A stretch of DNA of 64,000 nt from Candidatus Staskawiczbacteria bacterium (GCA_026395295.1 JAPLYZ010000010.1:5678-69677), one strand, 5' to 3'. Positions 18,691 to 27,717 are shown, numbered from the stretch's first letter. Notes: generated by a model from the sequence alone, not told the origin. Numbers and translations: made by a program.

Positions 18691-19185
18691 ATGATTTCTG
18701 AAAGGCAAGAAAAATTATTAAACTTTTTAATTAAAGAGTACATAGCCACAAATGAACCTGTTGGTTCTTTGTCGTTAAAAAAAGCAAGCGATTTAGATGT
18801 TTCAGCGGCAACAATAAGAAACGATTTGCAGGCTTTGACAGAAGCAGGGTATATTAAACAGCCTCACACGTCAGCAGGCAGAGTTCCTACAAAAAAAGCA
18901 TACAAATATATTGCCGATAAAATAACAATGTCCGAGACATTTTACGACGTTCGCGAAGTGAATGTCGTAAGAATGTCCATTGTGCGACAAATCAAAGAGG
19001 CTCATCAGCAACTTGAACAGGAAATGCAATCTTTAATGGAAATTTCAGGAATGCTGGAAATTTCTCACACAACCGAAAGCCACACTTTATTTAGGGCTTT
19101 AACAATTTTAGGACCCACAAGAGAAATTTGCGAAGACAACGAAGACATTATACAAAAATTATTAAAAGAATTAGAAAATTTTTAA
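18691..19185 (+). CDS. hrcA: Heat-inducible repressor HrcA, short form (N-terminal winged-helix only)
   Basis: 164 aa, versus about 340 typical from memory. LLNFLIKEYIATNEPVGS, ATIRNDLQALTEAGYIKQPHTSAGRVPT. A CIRCE-like operator lies just upstream. Confidence 0.75.
   Translation: MISERQEKLLNFLIKEYIATNEPVGSLSLKKASDLDVSAATIRNDLQALTEAGYIKQPHTSAGRVPTKKAYKYIADKITMSETFYDVREVNVVRMSIVRQIKEAHQQLEQEMQSLMEISGMLEISHTTESHTLFRALTILGPTREICEDNEDIIQKLLKELENF
18979..18989 (+). repeat. ATTGTGCGACA 11-mer, copy 1
   Basis: Exact copy inside hrcA (frame att-gtg-cga-caa). Confidence 0.95.
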
Positions 19186-19186
19186 C

Positions 19187-19696
19187 ATGACAGAAGAACC
19201 AAATGTAAATATTGGTAAATCCTTCGACGCGGCTCAGGATGAGTTGAAGGCGCTTCAACTCAAATCTGAAGAGTATCTAAATGGCTGGAAGCGTGAGCGA
19301 GCAGATTTTTTAAATTACAAAAAAGATGAAATGGAGCGAATTGGCCAGCTTGTAAAATATGCCAACGAGGAAATTATTTTAAAAATAATTCCAATTTTAG
19401 ATAATCTTTGCCTGGCGGCAAGCCACCCTTCGACGGGCTCAGGGCAGGCATTACTTAAAGGGGTGGAACAAATTAAAAAGCAGCTGGAAGATTTTTTACA
19501 AAAAGAGGGGATTGAGCCAATAGAAACAATCGGCAAGCCATTTGATCCTAATTTCCACGAAGTAGTCGAGGAAATTAGCCCTTCCGAAGCTTTAGCGAAG
19601 GAGGGCAAGCCCAATACTGTAGTGGCGGAAGTCCAGCGAGGCTACACAATGCACGGCCGAATCATCAGGGTCGCTAAGGTCAAGATATCAAAATAG
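19187..19696 (+). CDS. grpE: Nucleotide exchange factor GrpE
   Basis: 169 aa. WKRERADFLNYKK, IIPILDNL, FDPNFHEVV, RGYTMHGRIIRVAKV. Confidence 0.9.
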   Translation: MTEEPNVNIGKSFDAAQDELKALQLKSEEYLNGWKRERADFLNYKKDEMERIGQLVKYANEEIILKIIPILDNLCLAASHPSTGSGQALLKGVEQIKKQLEDFLQKEGIEPIETIGKPFDPNFHEVVEEISPSEALAKEGKPNTVVAEVQRGYTMHGRIIRVAKVKISK

Positions 19697-19703
19697 CGCT
19701 TGT

Positions 19704-19732
19704 CCGGATTTTTTGCGGTCGCAAAATTTCCG
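19704..19732. repeat. Palindromic unit with core TTTTTTGCGGTCGCAAAA, copy 1 (after grpE)
   Basis: CCGGATTTTTTGCG-gt-CGCAAAATTTCCGG. Confidence 0.8.
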
Positions 19733-19771
19733 GCCACACAAAAATCGCTAGTCTTATGCAAGGTAAATAAT

Positions 19772-20305
19772 ATGAATACAGAACAAAGACAAGAAATTCG
19801 CGAGGAAGAGCCAAAAGAAAAAATTACAACCTATACCGACGAGTATAAGGAAGGGGTCTTAAGATTCTATGATAAGCTAAGGAACGAGTTCAGGGATGTT
19901 GATTTAGGTCAATCGGGTCAGGGACCAAACAAAGCTAATCAAGAAATTGGAAAGAAAAGCGAGAATAGCGACTTTTGGGTGGCAACGAATGATGAAAACG
20001 AAGTTGTCGGAACTGCTGGTTTGGACGATTGCGGGAACGGAATTGGATATTTTAGAAGTTTGTATGTGGATAAAAGCTTAAGAGGAAAAGGGGTTGCAAA
20101 AGAACTTTTATCTGCCACGGTTAGTTTCGCCAAGGAAAAGAAGTATAAAGTTATTTTTGCCGCAACAATGCCCAAAAATACAGGAGTTCATAAATTTAAC
20201 ATCAAAAATGGTTTTCGGAAAATAGATGTCCCGCCGGCGAATTCTGAGAAGTTCCGCCCCGGCACAGTATTTTTTGAAATGGATTTAGGAGAAAAAAAAG
20301 AATAA
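19772..20305 (+). CDS. GNAT-family N-acetyltransferase
   Basis: Start at ATG 19772. Acetyl-CoA motif VDKSLRGKGVAKELL. Confidence 0.7.
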   Translation: MNTEQRQEIREEEPKEKITTYTDEYKEGVLRFYDKLRNEFRDVDLGQSGQGPNKANQEIGKKSENSDFWVATNDENEVVGTAGLDDCGNGIGYFRSLYVDKSLRGKGVAKELLSATVSFAKEKKYKVIFAATMPKNTGVHKFNIKNGFRKIDVPPANSEKFRPGTVFFEMDLGEKKE

Positions 20306-20480
20306 TGTTAAAAAAGATAGTGGTAAATTTTTTGACGAACGACAAAAACGCTACCACTACGCGAAATACTTTAAATACTTTCAGGTTGTCGTGTGACAAC
20401 CAAAGATAATCAAAAGCTGTTCTAAAATTTTTTAGAATAGCTGTGAGAAAAAAATTAGTGAATAATTAAAAAATAAAATT

Positions 20481-21362
20481 ATGGCGAGAATAAATTTAAA
20501 AACTGGAAAAGTCATTAAACCTCAAGAATTTAGTGGAGGGAATCCCGAACATCAACTGCAAAAATACGCAGAAGAATATTTAGGAGAACATTTCCGATGT
20601 TATTATTTAAAAAGTTTTTATCAAATACCTAATGGAGAAATTGATACCTTGGCTATCACCGAAGACGGAAATCCTTGTATTATTGAATACAAGCATAAAC
20701 AAGAGGACAGGGTTTTAAATCAAATAGTCTTTTACTATGACTGGTTAACGCAAAAGCCCACAAAATTCGAGTTTGAAAGAATTGTTAAAGAAAATCAGAT
20801 AACTAAAAGTATTGATGTTGATTGGTCAGAAATCCGTTTGATTTGCGTTGCGAAGGAATATTCTAAGTGGGACGCTAGCTTAATTAAACACTTGGATACC
20901 GACATCGAATGTTATACATATACTTATCATGAAAATGAATTAGATATTTATTTAGACCCACTCATCAATCAATTTAAAAAACAAAAAAACTACTCTGGCG
21001 AGCCAGTCAATAAGGTGGTTACGCTAGAAGACCACAGAAATAGAGCTGATAAAGAAGGAAAAGAATTTTTGGACGAATTAAGAGAAAGCGTGTTTAAAAT
21101 GGGGGATGATATTGAAGAGGGGTATACACCAGATTACATAAAATATTTTGTCAAAACTACATTTCTGGGTATACATGTGAAGAGAAAATGGCTAGTTATC
21201 CAATTAAGAGTGAACGAAAAAACTTTTAAAGATCCTAAAAAATTGGCTAAAGATATTTCAAGCAGAAAATGGACGACTACTAGAGAAATGAAAATTGATA
21301 GTATGGATAAATTAAACTACGCGATTACTTTGATAAAACAAGCGTACGAAGCCCAACATTAA
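20481..21362 (+). CDS. PD-(D/E)XK (NucS/DUF91-like) nuclease domain protein with C-terminal uncharacterised domain
   Basis: 293 aa. GEIDTLAITEDGNPCIIEYKHK fits a D...E-x-K nuclease core. Confidence 0.45.
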   Translation: MARINLKTGKVIKPQEFSGGNPEHQLQKYAEEYLGEHFRCYYLKSFYQIPNGEIDTLAITEDGNPCIIEYKHKQEDRVLNQIVFYYDWLTQKPTKFEFERIVKENQITKSIDVDWSEIRLICVAKEYSKWDASLIKHLDTDIECYTYTYHENELDIYLDPLINQFKKQKNYSGEPVNKVVTLEDHRNRADKEGKEFLDELRESVFKMGDDIEEGYTPDYIKYFVKTTFLGIHVKRKWLVIQLRVNEKTFKDPKKLAKDISSRKWTTTREMKIDSMDKLNYAITLIKQAYEAQH

Positions 21363-21426
21363 AAATAAATAAGATAATTTTATTGTGCAACATTCTGTCC
21401 CTATGCACCTATGTATAGTAACAGAT

Positions 21427-21437
21427 ATTGTGCGACA
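21427..21437 (+). repeat. ATTGTGCGACA 11-mer, copy 2
   Basis: Exact copy ending 20 nt upstream of the dnaK ATG. Forms ATTGTG-CGA-CACAAT. A 1-mismatch copy ATTGTGCAACA lies at 21382-21392. Confidence 0.95.
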
Positions 21438-21457
21438 CAATATTAAAAATAAATAAA

Positions 21458-23362
21458 ATGAGCAAGATACTTGGTATAGATTTGGGGACAACGTTCTCGG
21501 CCATGGCGGTGGTGGAGGGAGGCGAGGCGAAAATTATTGAGAATAAAGAAGGAGCGCGGACTACGCCGTCTATTGTGGCAATGTCAAAAAGCGGAGAAAG
21601 AGTTGTTGGCGTGCTTGCAAAGAGGCAGGCTGTCACAAACCCAAAAAACACAATTTATTCTGTTAAAAGACTAATTGGCAGAAAGTTTACCGACCCCGAA
21701 GTGCAAAGAGACAAAAAATTATTGCCGTATGAAATTCGCGAATCAGCTGATGGCGGAGTAGATGTTAAAATGGGCGATAAGTGGCTTAACCCGGCTGAAA
21801 TTTCGGCAATGATTTTGCAAAAATTGAAAGCTGACGCCGAAGCAAAACTTGGCGAAACAATTACCGAGGCAATTATTACCTGCCCGGCATATTTTGACGA
21901 CTCGCAGAGAAAAGCCACAAAAGTGGCAGGAGAAATTGCCGGTTTCAAAGTTGACAGAGTTATTAACGAACCAACTGCCGCGGCTTTGGCTTATGGATTG
22001 AACAAAAAGAAAGATGAAAAAATTTGCGTTTACGATTTTGGCGGAGGAACTTTTGATATTTCCATTTTGGATGTTGGAGCTGACACAGTTGAAGTAAAAG
22101 CAACCGGCGGAGACACGCATTTGGGCGGAGATGATTTTGACCAAAGGATTATGGACTGGATTGTCAAAGAATTTAAAAAAGACAATGGAGTTGACTTGTC
22201 AAAAGACATGCTGGCTTTGCAAAGAATTAAAGAATCGGCTGAAAAAGCAAAAATTGAGCTGTCTTCAAGCCTTGAGGCTCAAATTAACTTGCCATTTATT
22301 ACCTCTGACCACAATGGGCCAAAACATTTGGACTTGAAATTAACCAGGGCTAATTTGGAAAGTATGGTGCAGGATTATTTGGATAAATCAATTGAGCTGG
22401 TTAAAAAAACAATGAAAGAAGCCGGGCTTGAACCAAAAGACATAAACGAAGTCGTATTAGTTGGAGGACAGACCAGAATGCCAAAAATGATTGAAGAGGT
22501 AAAAAAATACTTTGGCAAGGAACCCAATAAAGAAGTAAACCCTGACGAGGTTGTGGCAATTGGGGCCGCTGTTCAGGGTGGAATTATGAAGGGTGAAGTC
22601 AGAGATGTTTTGTTGCTGGACGTAACGCCTTTGTCGCTGGGAATTGAAACCTTTGGCGGAGTGAACACAGTTTTAATTGCCAAAAACACAACTGTGCCAA
22701 CTGCCAAGAATCAGGTGTTTTCAACAGCCGCCGACAGCCAGACAAGTGTTGAAGTGCATGTTTTGCAGGGCGAAAGGCCAATGGCGCAAGACAACAAAAC
22801 TTTAGGAAGGTTTATTTTAGATGGAATTCCGCCAGCGCCGAGAGGTACGCCACAAGTTGAAGTTTCTTTTGACATTGACGCCAATGGAATTCTAAACGTG
22901 TCGGCAAAAGACAAAGCAACCGGCAAAACTCAGTCAATAAAAATTGAAGGCTCATCGGGGCTTTCAAAGGAAGAAATTGAGAAAATGAAAAAAGACGCGG
23001 AAATTCACGCTTCAGAGGACAAAAAGAAACAGGAAGCCATAGAAATTAAAAATTCAGCCGATGCTTTGGTTTATACCTGCGAGAAAACTCTACAAGATAA
23101 TAAGGCGCGAGAGGTTGAACCCGCCTTCGCTAAAAGCTTCGGCGAGGCAAGGGATAAAATTGCCAGCTTGAAAGATGCAGAAAAAGGTGATAATATGGAG
23201 GAAATCAAAGCAAAGACCAAAGATTTGTCGGAAACAATACAGAAAATCGGAGCAGAATTGTATAAACAGCAAAAGCCCGAAGACAAAACATCTGGCTCTA
23301 GCGAGACAAAGAAAGATGGCGGTGAACCAAAAGCAGATGAAGGGAAGTACACCGAGAAGTAA
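21458..23362 (+). CDS. dnaK: Chaperone DnaK (Hsp70)
   Basis: Start at [12 protein letters not shown]. The ORF track start at 21428 is a TTG inside the 11-mer motif. Canonical Hsp70 sequence throughout. Confidence 0.97.
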   Translation: MSKILGIDLGTTFSAMAVVEGGEAKIIENKEGARTTPSIVAMSKSGERVVGVLAKRQAVTNPKNTIYSVKRLIGRKFTDPEVQRDKKLLPYEIRESADGGVDVKMGDKWLNPAEISAMILQKLKADAEAKLGETITEAIITCPAYFDDSQRKATKVAGEIAGFKVDRVINEPTAAALAYGLNKKKDEKICVYDFGGGTFDISILDVGADTVEVKATGGDTHLGGDDFDQRIMDWIVKEFKKDNGVDLSKDMLALQRIKESAEKAKIELSSSLEAQINLPFITSDHNGPKHLDLKLTRANLESMVQDYLDKSIELVKKTMKEAGLEPKDINEVVLVGGQTRMPKMIEEVKKYFGKEPNKEVNPDEVVAIGAAVQGGIMKGEVRDVLLLDVTPLSLGIETFGGVNTVLIAKNTTVPTAKNQVFSTAADSQTSVEVHVLQGERPMAQDNKTLGRFILDGIPPAPRGTPQVEVSFDIDANGILNVSAKDKATGKTQSIKIEGSSGLSKEEIEKMKKDAEIHASEDKKKQEAIEIKNSADALVYTCEKTLQDNKAREVEPAFAKSFGEARDKIASLKDAEKGDNMEEIKAKTKDLSETIQKIGAELYKQQKPEDKTSGSSETKKDGGEPKADEGKYTEK

Positions 23363-23367
23363 ACCAA

Positions 23368-23472
23368 CGCTCGGAAAATAATTTTCTGCTAACGCTCGTG
23401 TCCCGCTTCGCGGGAAACTCGCTTCGACAGGCACTTTGTGTCCTGTAATACGTTGAAAATTATTTTCCTCGC
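23368..23472 (-). repeat. MITE-like structured repeat, copy A (dnaK-dnaJ spacer)
   Basis: About 105 bp. It is the reverse complement of copies B and C. A/T-rich inverted termini GGAAAATAATTTTC/GAAAATTATTTTCC and two internal hairpins. Confidence 0.85.
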
Positions 23473-23481
23473 TTTCCTAAA

Positions 23482-24606
23482 ATGGATTACTATGAAGTCT
23501 TGGGAATTACTAAAAGTGCTTCTCAAGAAGAAATAAAAAAAGCATTTCACAAACTGGCGCACAAATATCACCCGGACAAGGGCGGAGATGAAAAGAAGTT
23601 CAAGGAAATCAATGAAGCGTACCAGGTGCTTTCAGATAGCGCAAAAAGAGCTCAATACGACCAGTATGGGCGTGTATTCGATGGCAATGAAGGATTTTCC
23701 GCCCAAGGCGGACCAGCCTCGGGCTGGAATTGGGCATGGGGCAACCCTTCAGCAAGCGCAGGACGAGGCGAGGATGGCGTTGAGTTTGATTTTGAAAATG
23801 TTGGAGAGATATTTGAAGAATTTTTTGGCGGGGGATTTGGAGGCGGAGGACGCCGATCAAATAAAAAAGATGCCAGGAAAGGGAAAGATATTCAAGTTGA
23901 TGTAGAAATTGCTTTGGAAAGAACATTAAAAGAGTCAATTGAAAAAATAAGTTTAGCAAAACAAGTTGTATGCCACAGATGCCAGGGAGTTGGAGCAGAA
24001 CCGGGCAGCAAAGTTAAGGAATGTTTTTCTTGCCGAGGAACAGGGCAGGTTCAGCAGGTCAAGAAAACAATTTTTGGTTCGTATACAACTCTGGCAACCT
24101 GCCCGGAATGCAAGGGCGAAGGCACAATTCCTGAAAAGCCATGCAATGTGTGTAAAGGCGAAGGTAGAATAAAAGGCGAAGAAACAATTGAGGTGCATAT
24201 TCCTGCCGGAATTGATACTAATCAGGTTATAAGAGTTGACGGCAAGGGCGAGGCAGGGAAAAAAGGAGCCAAAGCGGGAAATCTTTTTGCCAGAATTTCT
24301 GTTAAACAGCACCCTGTGTTTGAGAGAAGGGGAGACGATTTGTTCAGTCAGTCGGAGATTAGTTTTTCACAGGCAGCTTTGGGAGATGAAATAGAAATTA
24401 AATCATTGGAAGGCACAAACATTTTACTGGAAGTGCCCACAGGAACCGAATCGGGAAAGGTTTTAAGAATTTCGGGAAAAGGAATTCCGCATTTTGGAGG
24501 ATTTGGAAAAGGAAACCTGTACATTGAGTTGAAAATTAAAACACCAAAAAAATTATCCAAGCGCCAGAAAGAACTATTGGACCAGCTTCATCAAGAAGGT
24601 CTGTAG
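23482..24606 (+). CDS. dnaJ: Co-chaperone DnaJ
   Basis: J domain with HPD (KYHPDKGG), G/F region, four CxxCxGxG zinc-finger repeats. Confidence 0.95.
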   Translation: MDYYEVLGITKSASQEEIKKAFHKLAHKYHPDKGGDEKKFKEINEAYQVLSDSAKRAQYDQYGRVFDGNEGFSAQGGPASGWNWAWGNPSASAGRGEDGVEFDFENVGEIFEEFFGGGFGGGGRRSNKKDARKGKDIQVDVEIALERTLKESIEKISLAKQVVCHRCQGVGAEPGSKVKECFSCRGTGQVQQVKKTIFGSYTTLATCPECKGEGTIPEKPCNVCKGEGRIKGEETIEVHIPAGIDTNQVIRVDGKGEAGKKGAKAGNLFARISVKQHPVFERRGDDLFSQSEISFSQAALGDEIEIKSLEGTNILLEVPTGTESGKVLRISGKGIPHFGGFGKGNLYIELKIKTPKKLSKRQKELLDQLHQEGL

Positions 24607-24612
24607 AAACGC

Positions 24613-24685
24613 GCCCTTGTAGCTCAATTGGTAGAGCAGTTCCCTTTTAAGGAATTGGTTTCGAGTTCGAGTCTCGACAAGGGCA
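24613..24685 (+). tRNA. tRNA-Lys (anticodon UUU)
   Basis: Hand-folded cloverleaf: GCCCTTG/CAAGGGC acceptor, GCTC/GAGC D stem, anticodon loop CTTTTAA, TCGAG-TTCGAGT-CTCGA T arm. 73 nt, no encoded CCA. Confidence 0.9.
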
Positions 24686-24693
24686 CATTAACT

Positions 24694-24720
24694 AAAAATC
24701 CGCCAATCTGGCGGATTTTT
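24694..24720. terminator. Bidirectional terminator between tRNA-Lys and the LAGLIDADG gene
   Basis: AAAAATCCGCC-aatct-GGCGGATTTTT. Confidence 0.8.
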
Positions 24721-24725
24721 AGTTA

Positions 24726-25220
24726 CTATTTGGTTTTTGAGAAGGCCTTTGCCATTTCTAACCATTTTGGCGCTCGGGGGCGGTTTTTATATTTTGCTGA
24801 AGACTTGTGAATTTCTATTAAAGTGCACAGGTCATTTTTTTTCCAACTGGCTAAAGACTTTCCCTTATTTCTTTGGATTACCTCAACTCCTTTTGCCCAA
24901 AGTTCAAAATCTTTTTTCTTTTTGTCAGCCAGCAAATTTTTTCTGAAAAACGGCACAACCACTTCGGCAATATCGCTAATTTTTTGCACAGAGAATCTTG
25001 CCTGATCTTTGGAAACGGTAATTTCTCCGCAATCCATTTCGTTTTTTATTTTTTCCAAAATTTTAAAATCGTTTTTGGGCGAGGTAACCACAAACTGAGC
25101 TTTCCAACGGTAGTAAGTGGGGGAGTTGGTTCTTTCGTGCCGGGTGTCTTTTCTAAATTGCAAATCAAAGCAACCATCGGAATTTACTAGGTTTACTATA
25201 TTAAATTTTTCTGTTACCAT
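24726..25220 (-). CDS. Free-standing LAGLIDADG-type homing endonuclease-like protein
   Basis: 164 aa. One LAGLIDADG-like motif (NLVNSDGCF) and family-like core (ILEKIKNEMDCGEI, VVPFFRKNLLADKKKKDFELW). Confidence 0.55.
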   Translation of the reverse strand: MVTEKFNIVNLVNSDGCFDLQFRKDTRHERTNSPTYYRWKAQFVVTSPKNDFKILEKIKNEMDCGEITVSKDQARFSVQKISDIAEVVVPFFRKNLLADKKKKDFELWAKGVEVIQRNKGKSLASWKKNDLCTLIEIHKSSAKYKNRPRAPKWLEMAKAFSKTK

Positions 25221-25271
25221 AACTTTATAAAATTAGTTTTTAATTTATAGATTGATTATAGCAGATATTTA

Positions 25272-25282
25272 ATTGTGCGACA
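25272..25282 (+). repeat. ATTGTGCGACA 11-mer, copy 3
   Basis: Exact copy ending 5 nt upstream of the helicase ATG. Confidence 0.95.
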
Positions 25283-25287
25283 ACACC

Positions 25288-26601
25288 ATGAAACAAAAGG
25301 AAGCATTAGATATTCTAAAAATGGGTTACAATACTTTTTTGACAGGCCCGCCGGGAAGCGGAAAAACTTTTTTATTAAATAAATATATTGAATATCTTAG
25401 AAAAAATAATATTCCCGTTTCAATTACCGCCAGCACCGGCATTGCCGCTACCCATATGGGCGGGGTTACATTGCATTCGTGGTCTGGCCTGGGAATCAGA
25501 GAAAAGTTAGATGACTTGGAAGTAAGGCAAGTTTGCGACAAGGGATATTTAAGAAAAAGAATAAAAAACACGGGCGTTTTAATTATAGACGAGATTTCCA
25601 TGATTAAAGCTTCACAGTTTGAGGCTGTAAGCAAAATTTGCCAGTATATAAAAAGAAATATCCGACCCTTTGGCGGAATACAAGTTATTTGCTCGGGCGA
25701 TTTTTTCCAGCTGCCACCGGTGGAAAAAGAAGGCAGGGAAATAAAATTTGTTACCGAGTCAGACGTTTGGAAGCAAATGGAAATGAAAATTTGTTATTTA
25801 GACGAACAGCATAGAACAAAAGATAAAAAACTGCATAAAATTTTAAATTGCATTCGCGAAAGCAAAGCAGGGGAATCAAAAGAACTTTTGTATCAAGCGC
25901 AAAAAGTGGCAAAAGATTTAAAACGTGTTTTTACAAAACTTTACACTCACAACGTTGATGTGGACAGCATTAACTATTCTGAGCTGAACAAAATAAAAGG
26001 AAAAGAATATTATTATCAAATGGGGCTGAGAGGAAATCTTGTTGTCGCAGAGGCGTTGAAAAAAAGTTGCTTGGCGCCCGAGAAGCTAATTTTAAAAGAC
26101 GGCGCGCACGTGATGTTTATTAAAAACAATTTTGACGCAGGATATGTTAACGGAACGCAGGGGAAGATAGTTGGTTTTGGGGCGGGGGATTTGCCTATTG
26201 TCAAAACTCAAGACGGTAAAAAAATAACCGTAGCTTATGCCGACTGGACAATAGAAGAGGAAAATTTAATAGTGGCCGGAATTTCTCAAATTCCGCTAAG
26301 GTTGGCATGGGCCATTACCGTGCATAAATCACAAGGAATGAACCTTGATTCGGCCGAAATGGATCTTTCGAGATGTTTTTTAGAAGGCATGGGGTATGTT
26401 GCGCTTTCCAGATTAAGGTCATTAAAGGGTTTGCGACTGATGGGAATAAACAACCTGGCTTTTTGTGTGAATCCTCGGGCGCTGAAAATAGATAAACAAT
26501 TCAGGCTTTTTTCCAAAGAAGCCTCAGCTGAACTAAAAAAGACGCCGGCGGGCGCTGTAACCAAAAGGCAAAAACTTTTTATTAAATATTTAGGCGGCTA
26601 G
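25288..26601 (+). CDS. Pif1/RecD-family ATP-dependent DNA helicase
   Basis: Walker A GPPGSGKTF, Walker B LIIDEISM, GDFFQLPPV, AITVHKSQG, YVALSR. Start at ATG 25288. Confidence 0.85.
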   Translation: MKQKEALDILKMGYNTFLTGPPGSGKTFLLNKYIEYLRKNNIPVSITASTGIAATHMGGVTLHSWSGLGIREKLDDLEVRQVCDKGYLRKRIKNTGVLIIDEISMIKASQFEAVSKICQYIKRNIRPFGGIQVICSGDFFQLPPVEKEGREIKFVTESDVWKQMEMKICYLDEQHRTKDKKLHKILNCIRESKAGESKELLYQAQKVAKDLKRVFTKLYTHNVDVDSINYSELNKIKGKEYYYQMGLRGNLVVAEALKKSCLAPEKLILKDGAHVMFIKNNFDAGYVNGTQGKIVGFGAGDLPIVKTQDGKKITVAYADWTIEEENLIVAGISQIPLRLAWAITVHKSQGMNLDSAEMDLSRCFLEGMGYVALSRLRSLKGLRLMGINNLAFCVNPRALKIDKQFRLFSKEASAELKKTPAGAVTKRQKLFIKYLGG

Positions 26602-26616
26602 CCGTAAGGAGTTTTT

Positions 26617-26627
26617 ATTGTGCGACA
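26617..26627 (+). repeat. ATTGTGCGACA 11-mer, copy 4
   Basis: Exact copy in the 31-nt spacer between the convergent helicase and xer genes. Followed by GACAAG-N9-CTTGTC. Confidence 0.95.
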
Positions 26628-26632
26628 AGGTA

Positions 26633-27604
26633 TTATTTCTTGTCAGGATCAGAGTGGAATTGATGGTGAATGTCGCGAAGGCGTTTATTGGTTACGTGCG
26701 TGTAGATTTGAGTGGTGGCAATGTTGCTGTGGCCCAAAAACTCTTGGATGCTTCGCAGATCAACTCCCTGGTTTAACAAATCTGTGGCGTAACTGTGGCG
26801 CAGGGTATGAGGTGTTGTAAAAATTGGCACGCCTGAAAGCAGGGCGTATTTTTTTACCGTGCGCTCAATAGACCTTGGGGTAAGCCTGGCATTGGTATCG
26901 TCTTTTTTGTCGCGAAAGTTTATAAACAAGGCTTTTTGATTTGCATGTTTAATATCGTTTCTTATTTCTAAATATTTTTTGATGAAGTTTAATGCGCGTT
27001 CGGAAAAATAAACTACTCGCGGTTTTCCGCCTTTTCCAATTACGCCAAGTTCCATGTCCTTTTTATCTTTTAGATTACTAAATTGTTCAAGGTTCAACGA
27101 GGTGAGCTCAGCAATTCTAAACCCGGTTGAGAAAAAAACCTCTAAAATAGCCCTGTCGCGAGTGCTTATGTCGTCCTTGGGCTCAATGGAGGCTAAAAGC
27201 TTGCTAATTTGGTCTAAAGTAAGGAATTTAATGCTTTTTGAGCCTCTATCTGGCTTTGAGAGCGATATTTTGTCCGGGGGGATACTTTGTATGTCTTTTG
27301 CCACAAAATAGCCTAAAAAGGCCCTTAAAGCGATCAAATAGTAGTTTTGGGTGGCCTTAGATAGCAATTTTCCTGTAGCCAGACTGGGCTGTCTTGAAAG
27401 GTATAATCTATAGTCCCAAATATGCTCGGAGGTCAACTGATGGGGGAGTAAAGACGATAATTTAGCTTGGTCTAACCAATAGAAAAATTTCTGCAGATAA
27501 TTTTTATAATTCTCCTGAGTATTTTTTCTTAAACCTTTTTCAACTTCACAAAAGTCTAAAAAATCTTGCAGATGGTTTTTAATTGGTTTAGTTGAGTTTT
27601 GCAT
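26633..27604 (-). CDS. Tyrosine recombinase, XerC/XerD-like
   Basis: 323 aa. SAM-like N-domain. Catalytic region RDRAILEVFFSTGFRIAEL, HTLRHSYATDLL, LGHSNIATTQIYTHV. Confidence 0.85.
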   Translation of the reverse strand: MQNSTKPIKNHLQDFLDFCEVEKGLRKNTQENYKNYLQKFFYWLDQAKLSSLLPHQLTSEHIWDYRLYLSRQPSLATGKLLSKATQNYYLIALRAFLGYFVAKDIQSIPPDKISLSKPDRGSKSIKFLTLDQISKLLASIEPKDDISTRDRAILEVFFSTGFRIAELTSLNLEQFSNLKDKKDMELGVIGKGGKPRVVYFSERALNFIKKYLEIRNDIKHANQKALFINFRDKKDDTNARLTPRSIERTVKKYALLSGVPIFTTPHTLRHSYATDLLNQGVDLRSIQEFLGHSNIATTQIYTHVTNKRLRDIHHQFHSDPDKK

Positions 27605-27626
27605 TTTCTCCGGATTTTTAGAAGCC

Positions 27627-27674
27627 TATACTTAGTACGTCGCTTTACCTACATTTTGCGACATAGTCTGTATA
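27627..27674. promoter_or_regulatory. Large imperfect inverted repeat in the xer leader (candidate recombinase site or operator)
   Basis: Arms TATACTTAGTACGTCGC and GCGACATAGTCTGTATA, 13/17 complementary, 14-nt spacer. Overlaps the 1-mismatch motif copy ATTTTGCGACA (27653-27663). Confidence 0.4.
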
Positions 27675-27677
27675 CTA

Positions 27678-27707
27678 ATAATAGTCCACCCCTTATGCCC
27701 ATGTCAA
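27678..27707 (-). promoter_or_regulatory. Sigma-70-type promoter of the xer-like gene
   Basis: On the minus strand: TTGACA (27707-27702), 18 nt, TATTAT (27683-27678). Confidence 0.55.
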
Positions 27708-27717
27708 CGGGTAGTAC

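Noticed and set aside
26620-26820. 66-aa plus-strand ORF starting with GTG inside the 11-mer
   Set aside because: It is antisense to the C-terminus of the xer-like gene. The start codon is merely part of the repeat. The ORF-track starts at 21428 (TTG) and 25273 (TTG) are rejected for the same reason in favour of the downstream ATGs.
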